Shown here: one piece after another, positions 29,102 through 37,807 of the stretch | Position numbering within the stretch: the stretch's first letter is position 1 | How the letters are laid out: the number at the start of each line of letters is the position of its first letter | Origin: Solibacteraceae bacterium | Lineage (GTDB): Bacteria; Acidobacteriota; Terriglobia; Bryobacterales; Bryobacteraceae | Reading direction: 5' to 3' | Length of the DNA stretch: 64,000 nt | Assembly: GCA_037440765.1 (NCBI GenBank) | Contig: JBBITL010000018.1 | Coordinates: 3,295-67,294, forward strand | Program-made: the position numbers and the translations under genes | Notes under the pieces: model-generated | Databases searched by the model: none | Told to the model about the DNA's origin: nothing | The model's input: only the letters and a program-made list of their open reading frames with translations

Positions 29102-29938
29102 CTAGGCCGCCTCGACGATCTTGACGCTGGCGCTGGCGCCGATGCGCGTTGCGCCGGCGTCCACCATGCGCCGGAAGTCCTCGATGGTGCGAATGCCGCC
29201 CGCCGCCTTCACGCCGACCCTGGGGCCCACCACCTGGCGCATGAGGGCCACGTCCTCGGCGGTCGCCCCGCCGGAGGCGAAACCGGTCGAGGTCTTCACG
29301 TAATCAGCTCCGGCCAGCTTGGCGATGGCGGAGGCGATGGCCTTCTGCCGGTCATCGAGCAGCGCGTTCTCGAGGATGGTCTTGACGATGGCTCCGGCGC
29401 GGTGGCAGGCTTCCGCCACGGCGCGGATCTCCCGATCCACAACGTCGTAGTCCCCCGAGCGGAGCGCGCCCACGTTGATGACCATGTCGATTTCCTGAGC
29501 GCCGTCACAGAGGGCGGCCTCCGCCTCCGCGCACTTGATGGCGGCGGTGGAGGCGCCGAGTGGAAACCCGGCCACGGTGCAAACCTTGACGCACGAGCCG
29601 GCCAGCGCGGAGGCCGCCAGCGGCACCCAGTACGGGTTGACGCAGACGCTGGCGAAGCGGTGCTCGCGGGCCTCGCGGCACAAGCGCAGGATGTCATCGC
29701 GGGTGGCTTCGGGCTTCAGAAGAGTGTGATCGATCAGGCTCGCCACACGCAGGATCGAGCCGGCCAGGCCGGGGCAGCAGGACAACCGGTCCGCTCCGGC
29801 CGCGATGACGGCTTCCGCCTGCCGGGAACGCGCTTCCGGGCTTGACTGCCGGCATCCGGCGCACTCATACCCGCACGGATAGTGGCCGTCCTCCGGTCGA
29901 GAAGGGCAGAACATAACGTGGAGTCGGGAGTCTACCAA
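29102..29938 (-). CDS. deoC: Deoxyribose-phosphate aldolase with Cys-rich N-terminal extension
   Basis: IDHTLLKP, VCVNP, VAGFPLG, EIDMVINVG, VKTSTGF (Schiff-base lysine), VKAAGGIR. TTG 29938 or ATG about 29914 as start. Confidence 0.85.
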   Translation of the reverse strand: MVDSRLHVMFCPSRPEDGHYPCGYECAGCRQSSPEARSRQAEAVIAAGADRLSCCPGLAGSILRVASLIDHTLLKPEATRDDILRLCREAREHRFASVCVNPYWVPLAASALAGSCVKVCTVAGFPLGASTAAIKCAEAEAALCDGAQEIDMVINVGALRSGDYDVVDREIRAVAEACHRAGAIVKTILENALLDDRQKAIASAIAKLAGADYVKTSTGFASGGATAEDVALMRQVVGPRVGVKAAGGIRTIEDFRRMVDAGATRIGASASVKIVEAA

Positions 29939-30260
29939 GTCGTTCGTGGAAGCCTATAATAACACAGGGCTGGGAGCCGGACCGGCCATGACGCCGGCCA
30001 CGACGCGCTGCGCCAGGAAACAAGAAAGAAGAACCGCACCGGGAGGCTGCGGAAGCAAGCATCGCCTCTCTCCCGATGCGGTCCGCCCTGCTGGGCTGGG
30101 ATCCGGCGCCGGTGCACCTGGTGTGATCAACACCCGCTAGTCAGTTCCATCCCTGGTGAGGCCCGCGTCGATTCTTCTTCCTGCACCACGAATGCCAGAT
30201 GGCGACCGAAACCTGTGGTCCCCGGTGAGACTTCACAAAACCGTATAAGAACGAAAAAAA

Positions 30261-30383
30261 GTCCCTCTGTTGCAACCGTAGGCCGGTTGGATGAGAGGAA
30301 TGAATCCAAAACATCGTCTCCCGCGAGCACGCCGTCTGGTTAAGCCTCTCATCCCCTTCCTGCCAGTTGCAGCAGAGGGCAGG
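30261..30383 (+). ncRNA. Candidate structured RNA or cis-regulatory element (nested long-range helices); identity unknown
   Basis: CCCTCTGTTGCAAC (30263-30276) pairs with GTTGCAGCAGAGGG (30366-30379): 14 bp with one G-U on the plus strand. GGATGAGAGG (30289-30298) pairs with CCTCTCATCC (30345-30354). A competing local hairpin is CCTGCC (30359-30364)/GGCAGG (30378-30383). Confidence 0.25.
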
Positions 30384-30520
30384 TTCAAAGAACTACTTCA
30401 TCAATTCGTTCCAACTCTCTGCAACCGAAGCGCCACCGGCGGAGGTCCATAAGGCATTGAAACCAAAGGGCCGCAAGCGCAGCCGGTGCCGTGTTTCTCT
30501 GGAACTTCACTGCACCGGGT

Positions 30521-30535
30521 GTGTCAGTGTGACAC
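30521..30535. promoter_or_regulatory. Palindrome GTGTCA-gtg-TGACAC 12 nt upstream of ATG 30547
   Basis: Perfect 6-3-6 inverted repeat read directly. Confidence 0.25.
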
Positions 30536-30546
30536 AATCGAGGCTC

Positions 30547-31878
30547 ATGGGCATGGGCACGTTCATGCTGCTGGCAGCACTGCTGAGCGCCCCGGCGTGG
30601 AGCCAGGAGCAGGACTTCCGGGTCTACGGCGAGACTCCCCGTCTCTTCCTTCAGCCGCGCCGCCTGCTTCTGCTCGAGAGGGAGAGGGACCGGCAATCCA
30701 TGCGCTGGCAGCAGTTCCGCCAACTCGTGGAGGGCAAAGCGCAGTGGCCGGAACCCGGCCTGGCCATGGCCCTGTACGGCCGCATATCAGGCGAAGAGGC
30801 TGCCTGCCGGGAGGCCGTCCGCTGGGCCCGAACACCGGGAGCCGGCCTTCGCCAGACAGCCGTCGTATTTGACTGGTGCCGGGCCGTGCTTACCCAAGAG
30901 GACTCCGCGGCGCTGGTCTCCGCTCTGGAGCGCGGCATAGCGGCGCCCAGGCAGACTGCGGTATCGGAGGTGCGCGACCGTGTCCTGGCCGCCGTGGCCA
31001 TAGCGGATCACAAGCCGGATGCCGCCGAGCGCGAGCTGCGGTTCACTGTGCGGGACTGGTGGAGGGGCCGTATCGTGCCCGCCATGGAACGTGGAGAGGA
31101 TGCTCTTCCAGCAGACGAGGCGCTGGCTCTGTTCGAGATCCTGCACGTCATCCGCGACAACCTGCACCTGGACCTGCGTTCGCCGCTCGAGGACTTTTTT
31201 CTGGGCTTGCCGCGCTCCAGACTGCTGGGCTACTATCCGGAACCCTACCGGGCGGCCGAGAACGCGTACTACCTTCCGGCGCCCGGCCCCGTTGACCGGC
31301 CGGACCTGCGGCGCGCGGCGCTGGCCCGCGCGGCCGATTTGTGCCAGGTCGCCTTCGATGCCGGCTCGCTGGGGAGCCAGTTCTTGCAGGGATGGCTCAT
31401 CCGCGATACCCTCCTGATGCGAAGCCCGCTGGGTATTGTCTACGAGCTGCTCTGGGCCAATCCGTACCTTCCCGGCCTGAGCCATCACCACTCTCCGCCT
31501 TTCTTCCACGATCAGCGGCTGGGCCGGCTCTTCGTGCGCTCAAGCTGGGAAGAGGACGCCGTCTGGCTGTCTTTCGCAGACGGCCGGCTCCGGGTGTTCG
31601 AGCAAGGCGGATTGCGCGGCGCCGTGCTGCCGGCGGCGCCGAAGCCGCTCCGTCTGGGAGACGTGGCCGTGGTGGCGGCGCAGACCGCCGGAGGCGAAAT
31701 CACCATCCCTGGCCTGGGAGCCCGGCAGGTCTTTCTGATCGGCCTGCGCCCCGGGCGGAGCTACGAGGTGAAGGCAGACGAGGATAAGCCGGCGCGCAAA
31801 ACGGCGGACCCTGCCGGCATCCTCGGCGTGGCGCTCAAGCAGGCGGGCGCAGTCAAAATCAGGGAGATCCGCCAGTAG
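30547..31878 (+). CDS. Secreted hypothetical protein (possibly heparinase II/III-like alpha-toroid plus beta-sandwich)
   Basis: Trimmed to MGMGTFMLLAALLSAPAWSQ (signal peptide). 443 aa, non-repetitive. Family call is weak. Confidence 0.5.
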   Translation: MGMGTFMLLAALLSAPAWSQEQDFRVYGETPRLFLQPRRLLLLERERDRQSMRWQQFRQLVEGKAQWPEPGLAMALYGRISGEEAACREAVRWARTPGAGLRQTAVVFDWCRAVLTQEDSAALVSALERGIAAPRQTAVSEVRDRVLAAVAIADHKPDAAERELRFTVRDWWRGRIVPAMERGEDALPADEALALFEILHVIRDNLHLDLRSPLEDFFLGLPRSRLLGYYPEPYRAAENAYYLPAPGPVDRPDLRRAALARAADLCQVAFDAGSLGSQFLQGWLIRDTLLMRSPLGIVYELLWANPYLPGLSHHHSPPFFHDQRLGRLFVRSSWEEDAVWLSFADGRLRVFEQGGLRGAVLPAAPKPLRLGDVAVVAAQTAGGEITIPGLGARQVFLIGLRPGRSYEVKADEDKPARKTADPAGILGVALKQAGAVKIREIRQ

Positions 31879-31914
31879 CCCGGTATCGCCCGCGGCGTGG
31901 CCCGCCGCCGTCCC

Positions 31915-32661
31915 TTACAGTTTGTTGATCAGGCTGGCGACGTACCCGCCGCCGAAACCGTTGTCGATGTTTACCACCGTGATGTTGCTCGAACAACTGT
32001 TGAGCATGGTGAGCAGGGCCGACAGCCCGCCGAAACTGGCGCCGTAGCCGATGCTGGTGGGCACGGCGATCACCGGGCCGCCCACCAGCCCTCCCACCAC
32101 GCTCGGCAGCGCGCCCTCCATGCCGGCCACCACCACCACCACGCGGGCGCTGACCAGCCGCTCACGGTTGCTCATCAGCCGGTGTATGCCCGCCACGCCG
32201 ATGTCGTGAATGGCATCCACTTCGTTGCCCATGACCTCGGCCGTGACCTGGGCCTCTTCGGCGACGGGGATGTCGCTGGTCCCGGCGCACACAACTGCGA
32301 TCTTTCCCTTGCCCCGGATCGTGCGGTCGCCCCACACTCGGATCGCGCCGCTGAGCGGGAAGTACTCAGCGTTGCGGATCTTCGCGGTAACCAGCGCGGC
32401 CGCTTTTTCCTCCGCCCGCGTGATGAGCACGTTCTTGACGTTCTGGAGAAGGCGTGTGGCTATGCCCAGCACTTGCTCGGGAGTCTTGCCTTTGCCGAAA
32501 ATCACCTCGGGCATGCCGTGTCGCAAGGCCCTGTGGTGGTCCACTTTGGCGAAGCCCAGATCCTCGAAGGGCAGGTGCCGCACCCGCTCTACTGCCGCGT
32601 CCACGGATAGTTTCCTGGTTCTTACGAGAGACAGCACCTCGCGCAGTTGTTCGGTAGTCAT
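31915..32661 (-). CDS. larB: LarB (AIR-carboxylase-like nickel-pincer cofactor biosynthesis protein)
   Basis: Trimmed to [10 protein letters not shown] (248 aa). [46 protein letters not shown]. Confidence 0.8.
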   Translation of the reverse strand: MTTEQLREVLSLVRTRKLSVDAAVERVRHLPFEDLGFAKVDHHRALRHGMPEVIFGKGKTPEQVLGIATRLLQNVKNVLITRAEEKAAALVTAKIRNAEYFPLSGAIRVWGDRTIRGKGKIAVVCAGTSDIPVAEEAQVTAEVMGNEVDAIHDIGVAGIHRLMSNRERLVSARVVVVVAGMEGALPSVVGGLVGGPVIAVPTSIGYGASFGGLSALLTMLNSCSSNITVVNIDNGFGGGYVASLINKL

Positions 32662-32678
32662 GATTACTACCAAGGATA

Positions 32679-33122
32679 TCAGAAGCGGATTGTGTCGCCC
32701 TCTTTCAGGCCGTGCCTGGCGGCCATGCCCCCGGCCAGTTCCAGCACGTAAACGGCGTCGTGGTTGCCTCCGTAGCTGGGGCAGGTCCGTGCTTCTCCCT
32801 TGCACGGCGGCGTGTCGGCGGAGATCTCGACAATGCGCCTGGCGGCGTCGAGCCATATGATGTCCAGCGGGATGAGGCACTGGAACATCCAGTAGGAGTA
32901 GCGCCCGGGCTCGGTGTGGACGAAGAGCATGCCGCGGTCGGGCGCGAGCGAATCCCGGAACATCATCCCCCGCATGAGGTCTTCGGGCCGCGTCATCACC
33001 TCGGCGCGGATTTCCTGGCCGCCGGGAAGGGTGATGGTCAGCAGACCGTCGCCGGTCGCGCTGTTGCGTGAACACCCCGCGCACAGCCCGAGCGCCGCCG
33101 CCAGCACAAGTACGCGCCACAT
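32679..33122 (-). CDS. DUF192 domain lipoprotein
   Basis: Trimmed to [18 protein letters not shown] (lipobox). [28 protein letters not shown]. Confidence 0.75.
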   Translation of the reverse strand: MWRVLVLAAALGLCAGCSRNSATGDGLLTITLPGGQEIRAEVMTRPEDLMRGMMFRDSLAPDRGMLFVHTEPGRYSYWMFQCLIPLDIIWLDAARRIVEISADTPPCKGEARTCPSYGGNHDAVYVLELAGGMAARHGLKEGDTIRF

Positions 33123-33176
33123 GGTCAGAGGCCAGCCTAGCACAGCTAGAATGGGGACAGGCTGCCCAGCTTCCGA

Positions 33177-34070
33177 ATGCCGAGAGCGTTTCTCAGGAAA
33201 GTCCGGCTCACGCTGGAGATGATCCGGTTTGAGCACTCGATCTTCGCCCTGCCGTTCGCCCTGACGGGCGCCTTGCTGGCGGTGCGCGAGGAGGGGTTCG
33301 CCACGGGAAGCCTCGGGTGGAAGTTCCTGTGGATTGTGGTGGCGATGGTGGGGGCGCGGTCGGCCGCCATGGCGTTCAACCGGCTGCTGGACCAGGATCT
33401 GGACGCCCGGAATCCGCGGACCAGAGGTCGGCACCTGCCCGCGGGTCTGCTTTCACGGAGTTTCGCATGGGGTTTCACGGCCGCATCGTCGCTCGTGTTT
33501 CTGCTTGCCGCCCGCGCCCTGAACGACTTGTGTTTCCGCCTTGCCCCGCTGGCGCTCGGGGTCGTGTTCTTCTACTCCTTCACCAAGCGCTTCACGGCGG
33601 TGTCGCATCTGGTGCTGGGCTTCTCGCTGGGTATCGCCCCGGCGGCGGCCTGGATCGCCATACGGGGCTCGCTGGACCCGCGCATCCTGTGGCTGACACT
33701 GGCGGTGACACTGTGGACGGCGGGCTTCGACGTGATCTACGCCTGTCCGGACCACGAGTTCGACAGGCAGGAGGGGTTGTTCAGCCTGCCGCGCCGGTTC
33801 GGCATCGCCGGGGCGCTCTGGATTTCGCGCCTGTTCCACGTGGGGATGGTCGCGGCCCTGGCCGCCCTGGCGCACAGCTTCAGCCTGGGCGCGCTGAGCC
33901 TGGCCGGGGTGGTGGTGGTGGCCCTGCTGTTGTTTTACGAGCAGAGCCTGGTCAAGCCCCACGACCTGTCGCGGGTGAATGCCGCCTTCTTCACCATGAA
34001 CGGCTACGTCAGCGTGCTGTTCTTTTTGTTCTGGGCCGCTGATATTCTTTTCCTTCGTTCCGGGGCATAG
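33177..34070 (+). CDS. UbiA-family polyprenyltransferase (MqnP-like, futalosine pathway context)
   Basis: 297 aa polytopic. [15 protein letters not shown] (NxxxDxxxD) and [12 protein letters not shown]. 2 nt upstream of a Mqn radical-SAM gene. Confidence 0.8.
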   Translation: MPRAFLRKVRLTLEMIRFEHSIFALPFALTGALLAVREEGFATGSLGWKFLWIVVAMVGARSAAMAFNRLLDQDLDARNPRTRGRHLPAGLLSRSFAWGFTAASSLVFLLAARALNDLCFRLAPLALGVVFFYSFTKRFTAVSHLVLGFSLGIAPAAAWIAIRGSLDPRILWLTLAVTLWTAGFDVIYACPDHEFDRQEGLFSLPRRFGIAGALWISRLFHVGMVAALAALAHSFSLGALSLAGVVVVALLLFYEQSLVKPHDLSRVNAAFFTMNGYVSVLFFLFWAADILFLRSGA

Positions 34071-34072
34071 AG

Positions 34073-35191
34073 ATGCATCCTCTCATCGAGGACCGGAGAC
34101 TGGCGGCCATCCTGGACAAAGTCACCTCCGGCGTCCGCCTGGACTTCGACGACGGAGTGGCGCTGTACCGCAGCCGCGACCTGCTGGCGCTGGGCTACAT
34201 GGCCAACCTGGTCCGGGAGAAGCTGCACGGGAATGTCACCTTCTACAACGTAAACCGCCACATCAACCCGACCAACGTCTGCGTGGCCGGCTGCCGGCTC
34301 TGCGCTTACGGAAAGAAGCCCGGCGACCCCGGGGCGTACACCATGACGCTCGAGCAGGCCTGGGAAGCGGCGGCAAGCGGCTGGTCGGAAGCTGTCACCG
34401 AGTTCCACGTCGTGGGCGGCCTGCACCCTGCACTGACCGTGGACTGGTACTGTGAGCTGTTCCGCGGACTCAAGCAGCGCTTTCCCGGGGTGCACCTGAA
34501 GGCGCTCACCATGGTGGAGATCGGCCACCTGGCCAGGCGCACCGGCATCACGACGCTGGAGACGCTCGAGAGGATCAAAGCGTCTGGCGTGGATTCGCTG
34601 CCCGGGGGGGGCGCGGAGATCTTCGCCGGGCGCGTGCGGCGCGTCATCTGCGATCACAAGATCGACGGCGGCGAGTGGCTGCGCATCGCGCGCGAGGCCC
34701 ACGGCCTGGGCCTGCACTCCAACTGCACCATGCTCTACGGCCACGTCGAGACGGACGAGGACCGGGTGGACCACCTCCTTCAACTGCGCGCCTTGCAGGA
34801 TGAGACGGGCGGCTTCATGGCCTTCATCCCGCTGGCGTTCCATCCCGGAGGCACGGCGCTGGCGCACATCCTGCCGGCGACCGCGTTCACCGATCTTGCC
34901 AACATCGCTGCGGCCCGCCTGCTGCTCGACAACATTCCGCACATAAAGGCGTACTGGGTGGCGCTGACGCCGCGCATCGCGCAGGTGGCGCAGCGTTTCG
35001 GAGCGGACGACCTTGACGGCACGCTGGCCGAGGAGAAGATCTACCACGATGCCGGCGCCGCCACCGGCCGCTCTCTGAGCCGCGAGGAGATGCTGCGACT
35101 GATCCGCGAAGCCGGCCGGGAGCCGGTGGAGCGCGACACGCTCTACCGGCCCGTGGTCCGGAAAACCGCGACGCCGGGGGCGCCGGCCTGA
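34073..35191 (+). CDS. Radical-SAM menaquinone (futalosine pathway) enzyme, MqnE/MqnC family
   Basis: 372 aa. NVNRHINPTNVCVAGCRLCAYG (CxxxCxxC) and the overall pattern of aminofutalosine synthase / cyclic dehypoxanthinyl futalosine synthase. Confidence 0.8.
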   Translation: MHPLIEDRRLAAILDKVTSGVRLDFDDGVALYRSRDLLALGYMANLVREKLHGNVTFYNVNRHINPTNVCVAGCRLCAYGKKPGDPGAYTMTLEQAWEAAASGWSEAVTEFHVVGGLHPALTVDWYCELFRGLKQRFPGVHLKALTMVEIGHLARRTGITTLETLERIKASGVDSLPGGGAEIFAGRVRRVICDHKIDGGEWLRIAREAHGLGLHSNCTMLYGHVETDEDRVDHLLQLRALQDETGGFMAFIPLAFHPGGTALAHILPATAFTDLANIAAARLLLDNIPHIKAYWVALTPRIAQVAQRFGADDLDGTLAEEKIYHDAGAATGRSLSREEMLRLIREAGREPVERDTLYRPVVRKTATPGAPA

Positions 35192-35304
35192 ATTTCCTGG
35201 CCATGCGCCAGCCGGGCATCCGGACCGCGTTCTGCCTTGACAGTCACTTCCGGGAACAGGGTTTCCAGATCCTGCCGTGAGGAACAGCCGGGGGGCGTTT
35301 TCAC

Positions 35305-35325
35305 GCGCCGGGCTGTGCCCGGCGC
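35305..35325 (+). terminator. 9-bp GC hairpin (GCGCCGGGC-tgt-GCCCGGCGC) 114 nt after the mqn stop
   Basis: Perfect inverted repeat read directly. No U-tract. Confidence 0.3.
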
Positions 35326-35374
35326 AGCGCGGTCAGGGGGTGGCGTCCGTGCGAGGCCCTGCACGGAACCCCGG

Positions 35375-35397
35375 CCGTAAGGGTCCGTGAAAAAATC
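35375..35397. repeat. Left terminal inverted repeat CCGTAAGGGTCCGTGAAAAAATC
   Basis: Matches the reverse complement of 36216-36238 at 20/23 positions. Confidence 0.65.
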
Positions 35398-35519
35398 CCG
35401 CTCCGGCGCACTGGGGCCGGCGGGAAGTGGCCGCGCGCTCGGTTTCGTGCCGGGAGCCGGGAGGTTTGGTCCGCCGGGCGCCCCGGCTTGGCCCCGCCTC
35501 GCGGGGCGGGGGCCCGCTT

Positions 35520-36177
35520 TTAGCAGGCCGCCGGGGCGATTCGTTCCGGCGGACTGGCTAGTTTCTTCCACCCCAGCCGGATCCATTGCAGCACGTTGTA
35601 GGCCAGCGCCCAAAGCTTCCCTTCCTGTTTCACTTTCTTCAAGCCCCGCACGTGAAACCGTCTCAGCCTCAGCACCCCTTTTATCTGCAGTTGCGCAAAT
35701 TCCCCATAGCGGCTCCGCTGCTTGTACACCTGCTGGCCTTCTTCGCCCGCCATCCGCGCCAGATACGCCTGCATCGCCGCGCTCTCCTGCACCCGGTCCA
35801 CCCGCCGCCCCCGCCCTGGCCCCGTCTTCCCACAGCACGGCTCCCGGCGCGCACAGCCAGCGCAGACCCGCCTCGTGCGTCTGCATCCGCTCCAGCGCCC
35901 GCGCCGACCCAACCCCGAGACTGTAGCCGTAGATCCACAACGCGGCCAGCAGCCGCGGCGGCGCCGCGCTGCGACCGGCCTGGCCCTCGCGGCTGAGGAT
36001 CAGGTCCTCGTAGCGGGAGAAGTCGAGCGACTCGATCAGATCCCAGACGGCGCGCGCCGGATGAGAAGCAGGGACCAGGGCTTCGAGATCGACGGGGCCG
36101 GGATAGACCCGGGCGCGGTTGCGGTACTCGAACTTGGGCTTGGGCTGCGGTGTGGACACGCCGATTGGATGCAGCAA
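35520..36177 (-). pseudogene. Transposase remnant: DUF772-type N-terminus plus IS1182-type C-terminus; DDE core missing
   Basis: N-fragment: LVPASHPARAVWDLIESLDFS...PPRLLAALWIYGYSLGVGSARALERMQTHEAGLRWLC. C-fragment in another frame: VYKQRSRYGEFAQLQIKGVLRLRRFHVRGLKKVKQEGKLWALAYNVLQ. Together about 220 codons, versus about 450-500 aa for intact IS1182 transposases. Confidence 0.7.
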
Positions 36178-36215
36178 AAAACAAAACGACCCGATTATGA
36201 TTTATTGCAGTCGGA

Positions 36216-36238
36216 GATTTTTTCACAGACCCGTAAGG
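36216..36238. repeat. Right terminal inverted repeat GATTTTTTCACAGACCCGTAAGG
   Basis: Its reverse complement CCTTACGGGTCTGTGAAAAAATC matches 35375-35397 at 20/23 positions. Confidence 0.65.
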
Positions 36239-36280
36239 GAGGGGCCAGGGCCGGCGAGGACGCCTGTCCCACGGAGCCTG

Positions 36281-37690
36281 CTAGTTCTTCGGGACCGGTC
36301 TTGCCGGCTGGTGAGGCCCGTGCGGCAACAGGTCGGGAACAACGCGCACACCCGTCGTGAATTTCAGGGGATACTTGCCGGGACCCGCGAAGGTCAACTC
36401 GACGAAGTAAGCTGTCCAGCCCTCCTGCGGCGGCGCCACCCGAGCGACATAGGTGGATCCCTTGGCGGGCTGGAGGTCCGAACTGCGCCAGGCAGCGCCA
36501 ATGGTCTCCAGCCGGAAGTCGCGCGCCCTCGGGTTGGTGGCCTGCCACAACCGGACCGCCAGCGGCTGGTCCTCGACGCTCACCTGAATGCCGCCATCCT
36601 TGTCGAGCCCCCACGAGTAGCGCGGGCGGGGTTTCGCCTCCACGATCGAGCGATAGAACGCGGCCAGCGATTCCTGAGCGTCGGACTTGGACAGGCCGTG
36701 GTCCGTGTTCGGGACATAGCGCAGGTGTTTCTCCCCCTTCAACTGGCCGAAGTAGAACTGCGAGGAGTCGGGCAGGAAGAACTGATCGCCGCTCGAGTTC
36801 ACCAGGAACTTGGGCAGCGTCAACCGGTCGAGGTAGCTGTACGGATCCTCAATCTGGAGCAGCGCGCGGATCTGCGGGGTGCCGAACCAGTCCATGATGT
36901 GCATGGCCTGGTAGTCCCCGACCGACGGGGAAAAGAAGCCGTAGGCCCGGTAGTGGTGCTCGAAGCTCTCTTCGAGGTTCAGCGCGTCGATCACCAGGGG
37001 GGCAATCGCAACCACGCGCCGGTCCACTGCGGCGGTGGTCCAGGCGGTCCACCCTCGCTTCGACGCCCCCGCCACCACGAAACGATCCACTTTCACGCCG
37101 CCCCCCTGCTCTGAGGCGCAGAATCCACTTACGGCGTCCATGGCGCGGACCGCGGCCTTCGTCATGGGCAACCGCGCCGGCCAGGAGTCATCGCCACCCC
37201 TCAGGTGCTTGTCCCAGGTGTAAGCGATGAGCGCGTCTTCGCTCCTGGGACCCTGCCCATCTCCGGCAAAGACCAGCGGCTGGTTCGGGATCATCCGCAC
37301 CGCCGCCACCACGGTCCGGGTCTCGGCTGCCATAGCGGCCAGGAAAGAGTCCGGAGCCTGCGGCGGCTTGCTCCCATTGGACCCGCCGGCGATTAACAGA
37401 AAGCCGGTTGAGCTGTCGACCTCGTCCGGTCTCAGGATGGTGAGCCAGTGCCGCCACTCGGTGCGGTTGACTTCCTTCAGGTCGCGCCACGTCTGCGAGA
37501 CCATGTCCAGAACGTACATGGTGGCGCCCGGGAGCCGTCTCTCCGAGACAAGCTCGTACCGGAAGCTTGCGTCCGGCGCGGCTACGTAGCGGTCCAGCGC
37601 CGTGCCGGTCTGCGCGAAGGCCGTGCCGGCCGCCGAGAGCAGGGACGCCAGCGCCAGGCATTTCAAACGGGATTCAGATCGCGGGTTCAT
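36281..37690 (-). CDS. PhoPQ-activated pathogenicity-related protein family (PqaA-type, alpha/beta-hydrolase-like), secreted
   Basis: Trimmed to MNPRSESRLKCLALASLLSAAGTAFAQ. TWRDLKEVNRTEWRHWLTILRPDEV, FLLIAGGSNG, VVAGASKRGWTAW fit the PhoPQ_related family. Confidence 0.65.
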   Translation of the reverse strand: MNPRSESRLKCLALASLLSAAGTAFAQTGTALDRYVAAPDASFRYELVSERRLPGATMYVLDMVSQTWRDLKEVNRTEWRHWLTILRPDEVDSSTGFLLIAGGSNGSKPPQAPDSFLAAMAAETRTVVAAVRMIPNQPLVFAGDGQGPRSEDALIAYTWDKHLRGGDDSWPARLPMTKAAVRAMDAVSGFCASEQGGGVKVDRFVVAGASKRGWTAWTTAAVDRRVVAIAPLVIDALNLEESFEHHYRAYGFFSPSVGDYQAMHIMDWFGTPQIRALLQIEDPYSYLDRLTLPKFLVNSSGDQFFLPDSSQFYFGQLKGEKHLRYVPNTDHGLSKSDAQESLAAFYRSIVEAKPRPRYSWGLDKDGGIQVSVEDQPLAVRLWQATNPRARDFRLETIGAAWRSSDLQPAKGSTYVARVAPPQEGWTAYFVELTFAGPGKYPLKFTTGVRVVPDLLPHGPHQPARPVPKN

Positions 37691-37807
37691 GGCCGGCACC
37701 AATTGTACATCGATATAATCTCTCTGGGAGCAAATCGTCCGGTTGGAGGGTGATAGCGTGACGCCCAACCCATTGCGTCGCTTTCTTCTTCAGGCGGGTG
37801 CACTGCC

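Larger units (their letters stand above)
35375..36238 (-). mobile_element. Internally deleted, non-autonomous IS1182/IS5-like insertion sequence (~864 bp)
   Basis: Bounded by 23-nt imperfect inverted repeats (20/23). Contains only N- and C-terminal transposase fragments in different frames. Confidence 0.7.

Noticed and set aside
30111-30188. A 78-nt segment, GGTGCAC...CTGCACCA, with tRNA-like length and a 6-bp acceptor-like pairing.
   Set aside because: No T-arm (no GTTCRANYC-like loop before the 3' strand), no GG-containing D-loop, and no foldable anticodon arm on either strand.
29939-30546. RNase P RNA, tmRNA, SRP (4.5S) RNA or 6S RNA in the large gap.
   Set aside because: I could not find the universal strings (GAGGAAAGTCCGGGCTCC and ACAGAA..GGCTTA for RNase P, a GGGG...TCGACG 5' end with a TCCACCA 3' end for tmRNA, or GGAAGCAGCC-type SRP domain IV) on either strand. 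I leave it as an unknown structured element.
35143-36177. The 344-aa ORF as an intact transposase gene.
   Set aside because: Only the first ~110 residues look like a transposase. The rest is low-complexity out-of-frame translation running into the mqn gene 3' end. The conserved C-terminal block is in another frame (35520..35912).
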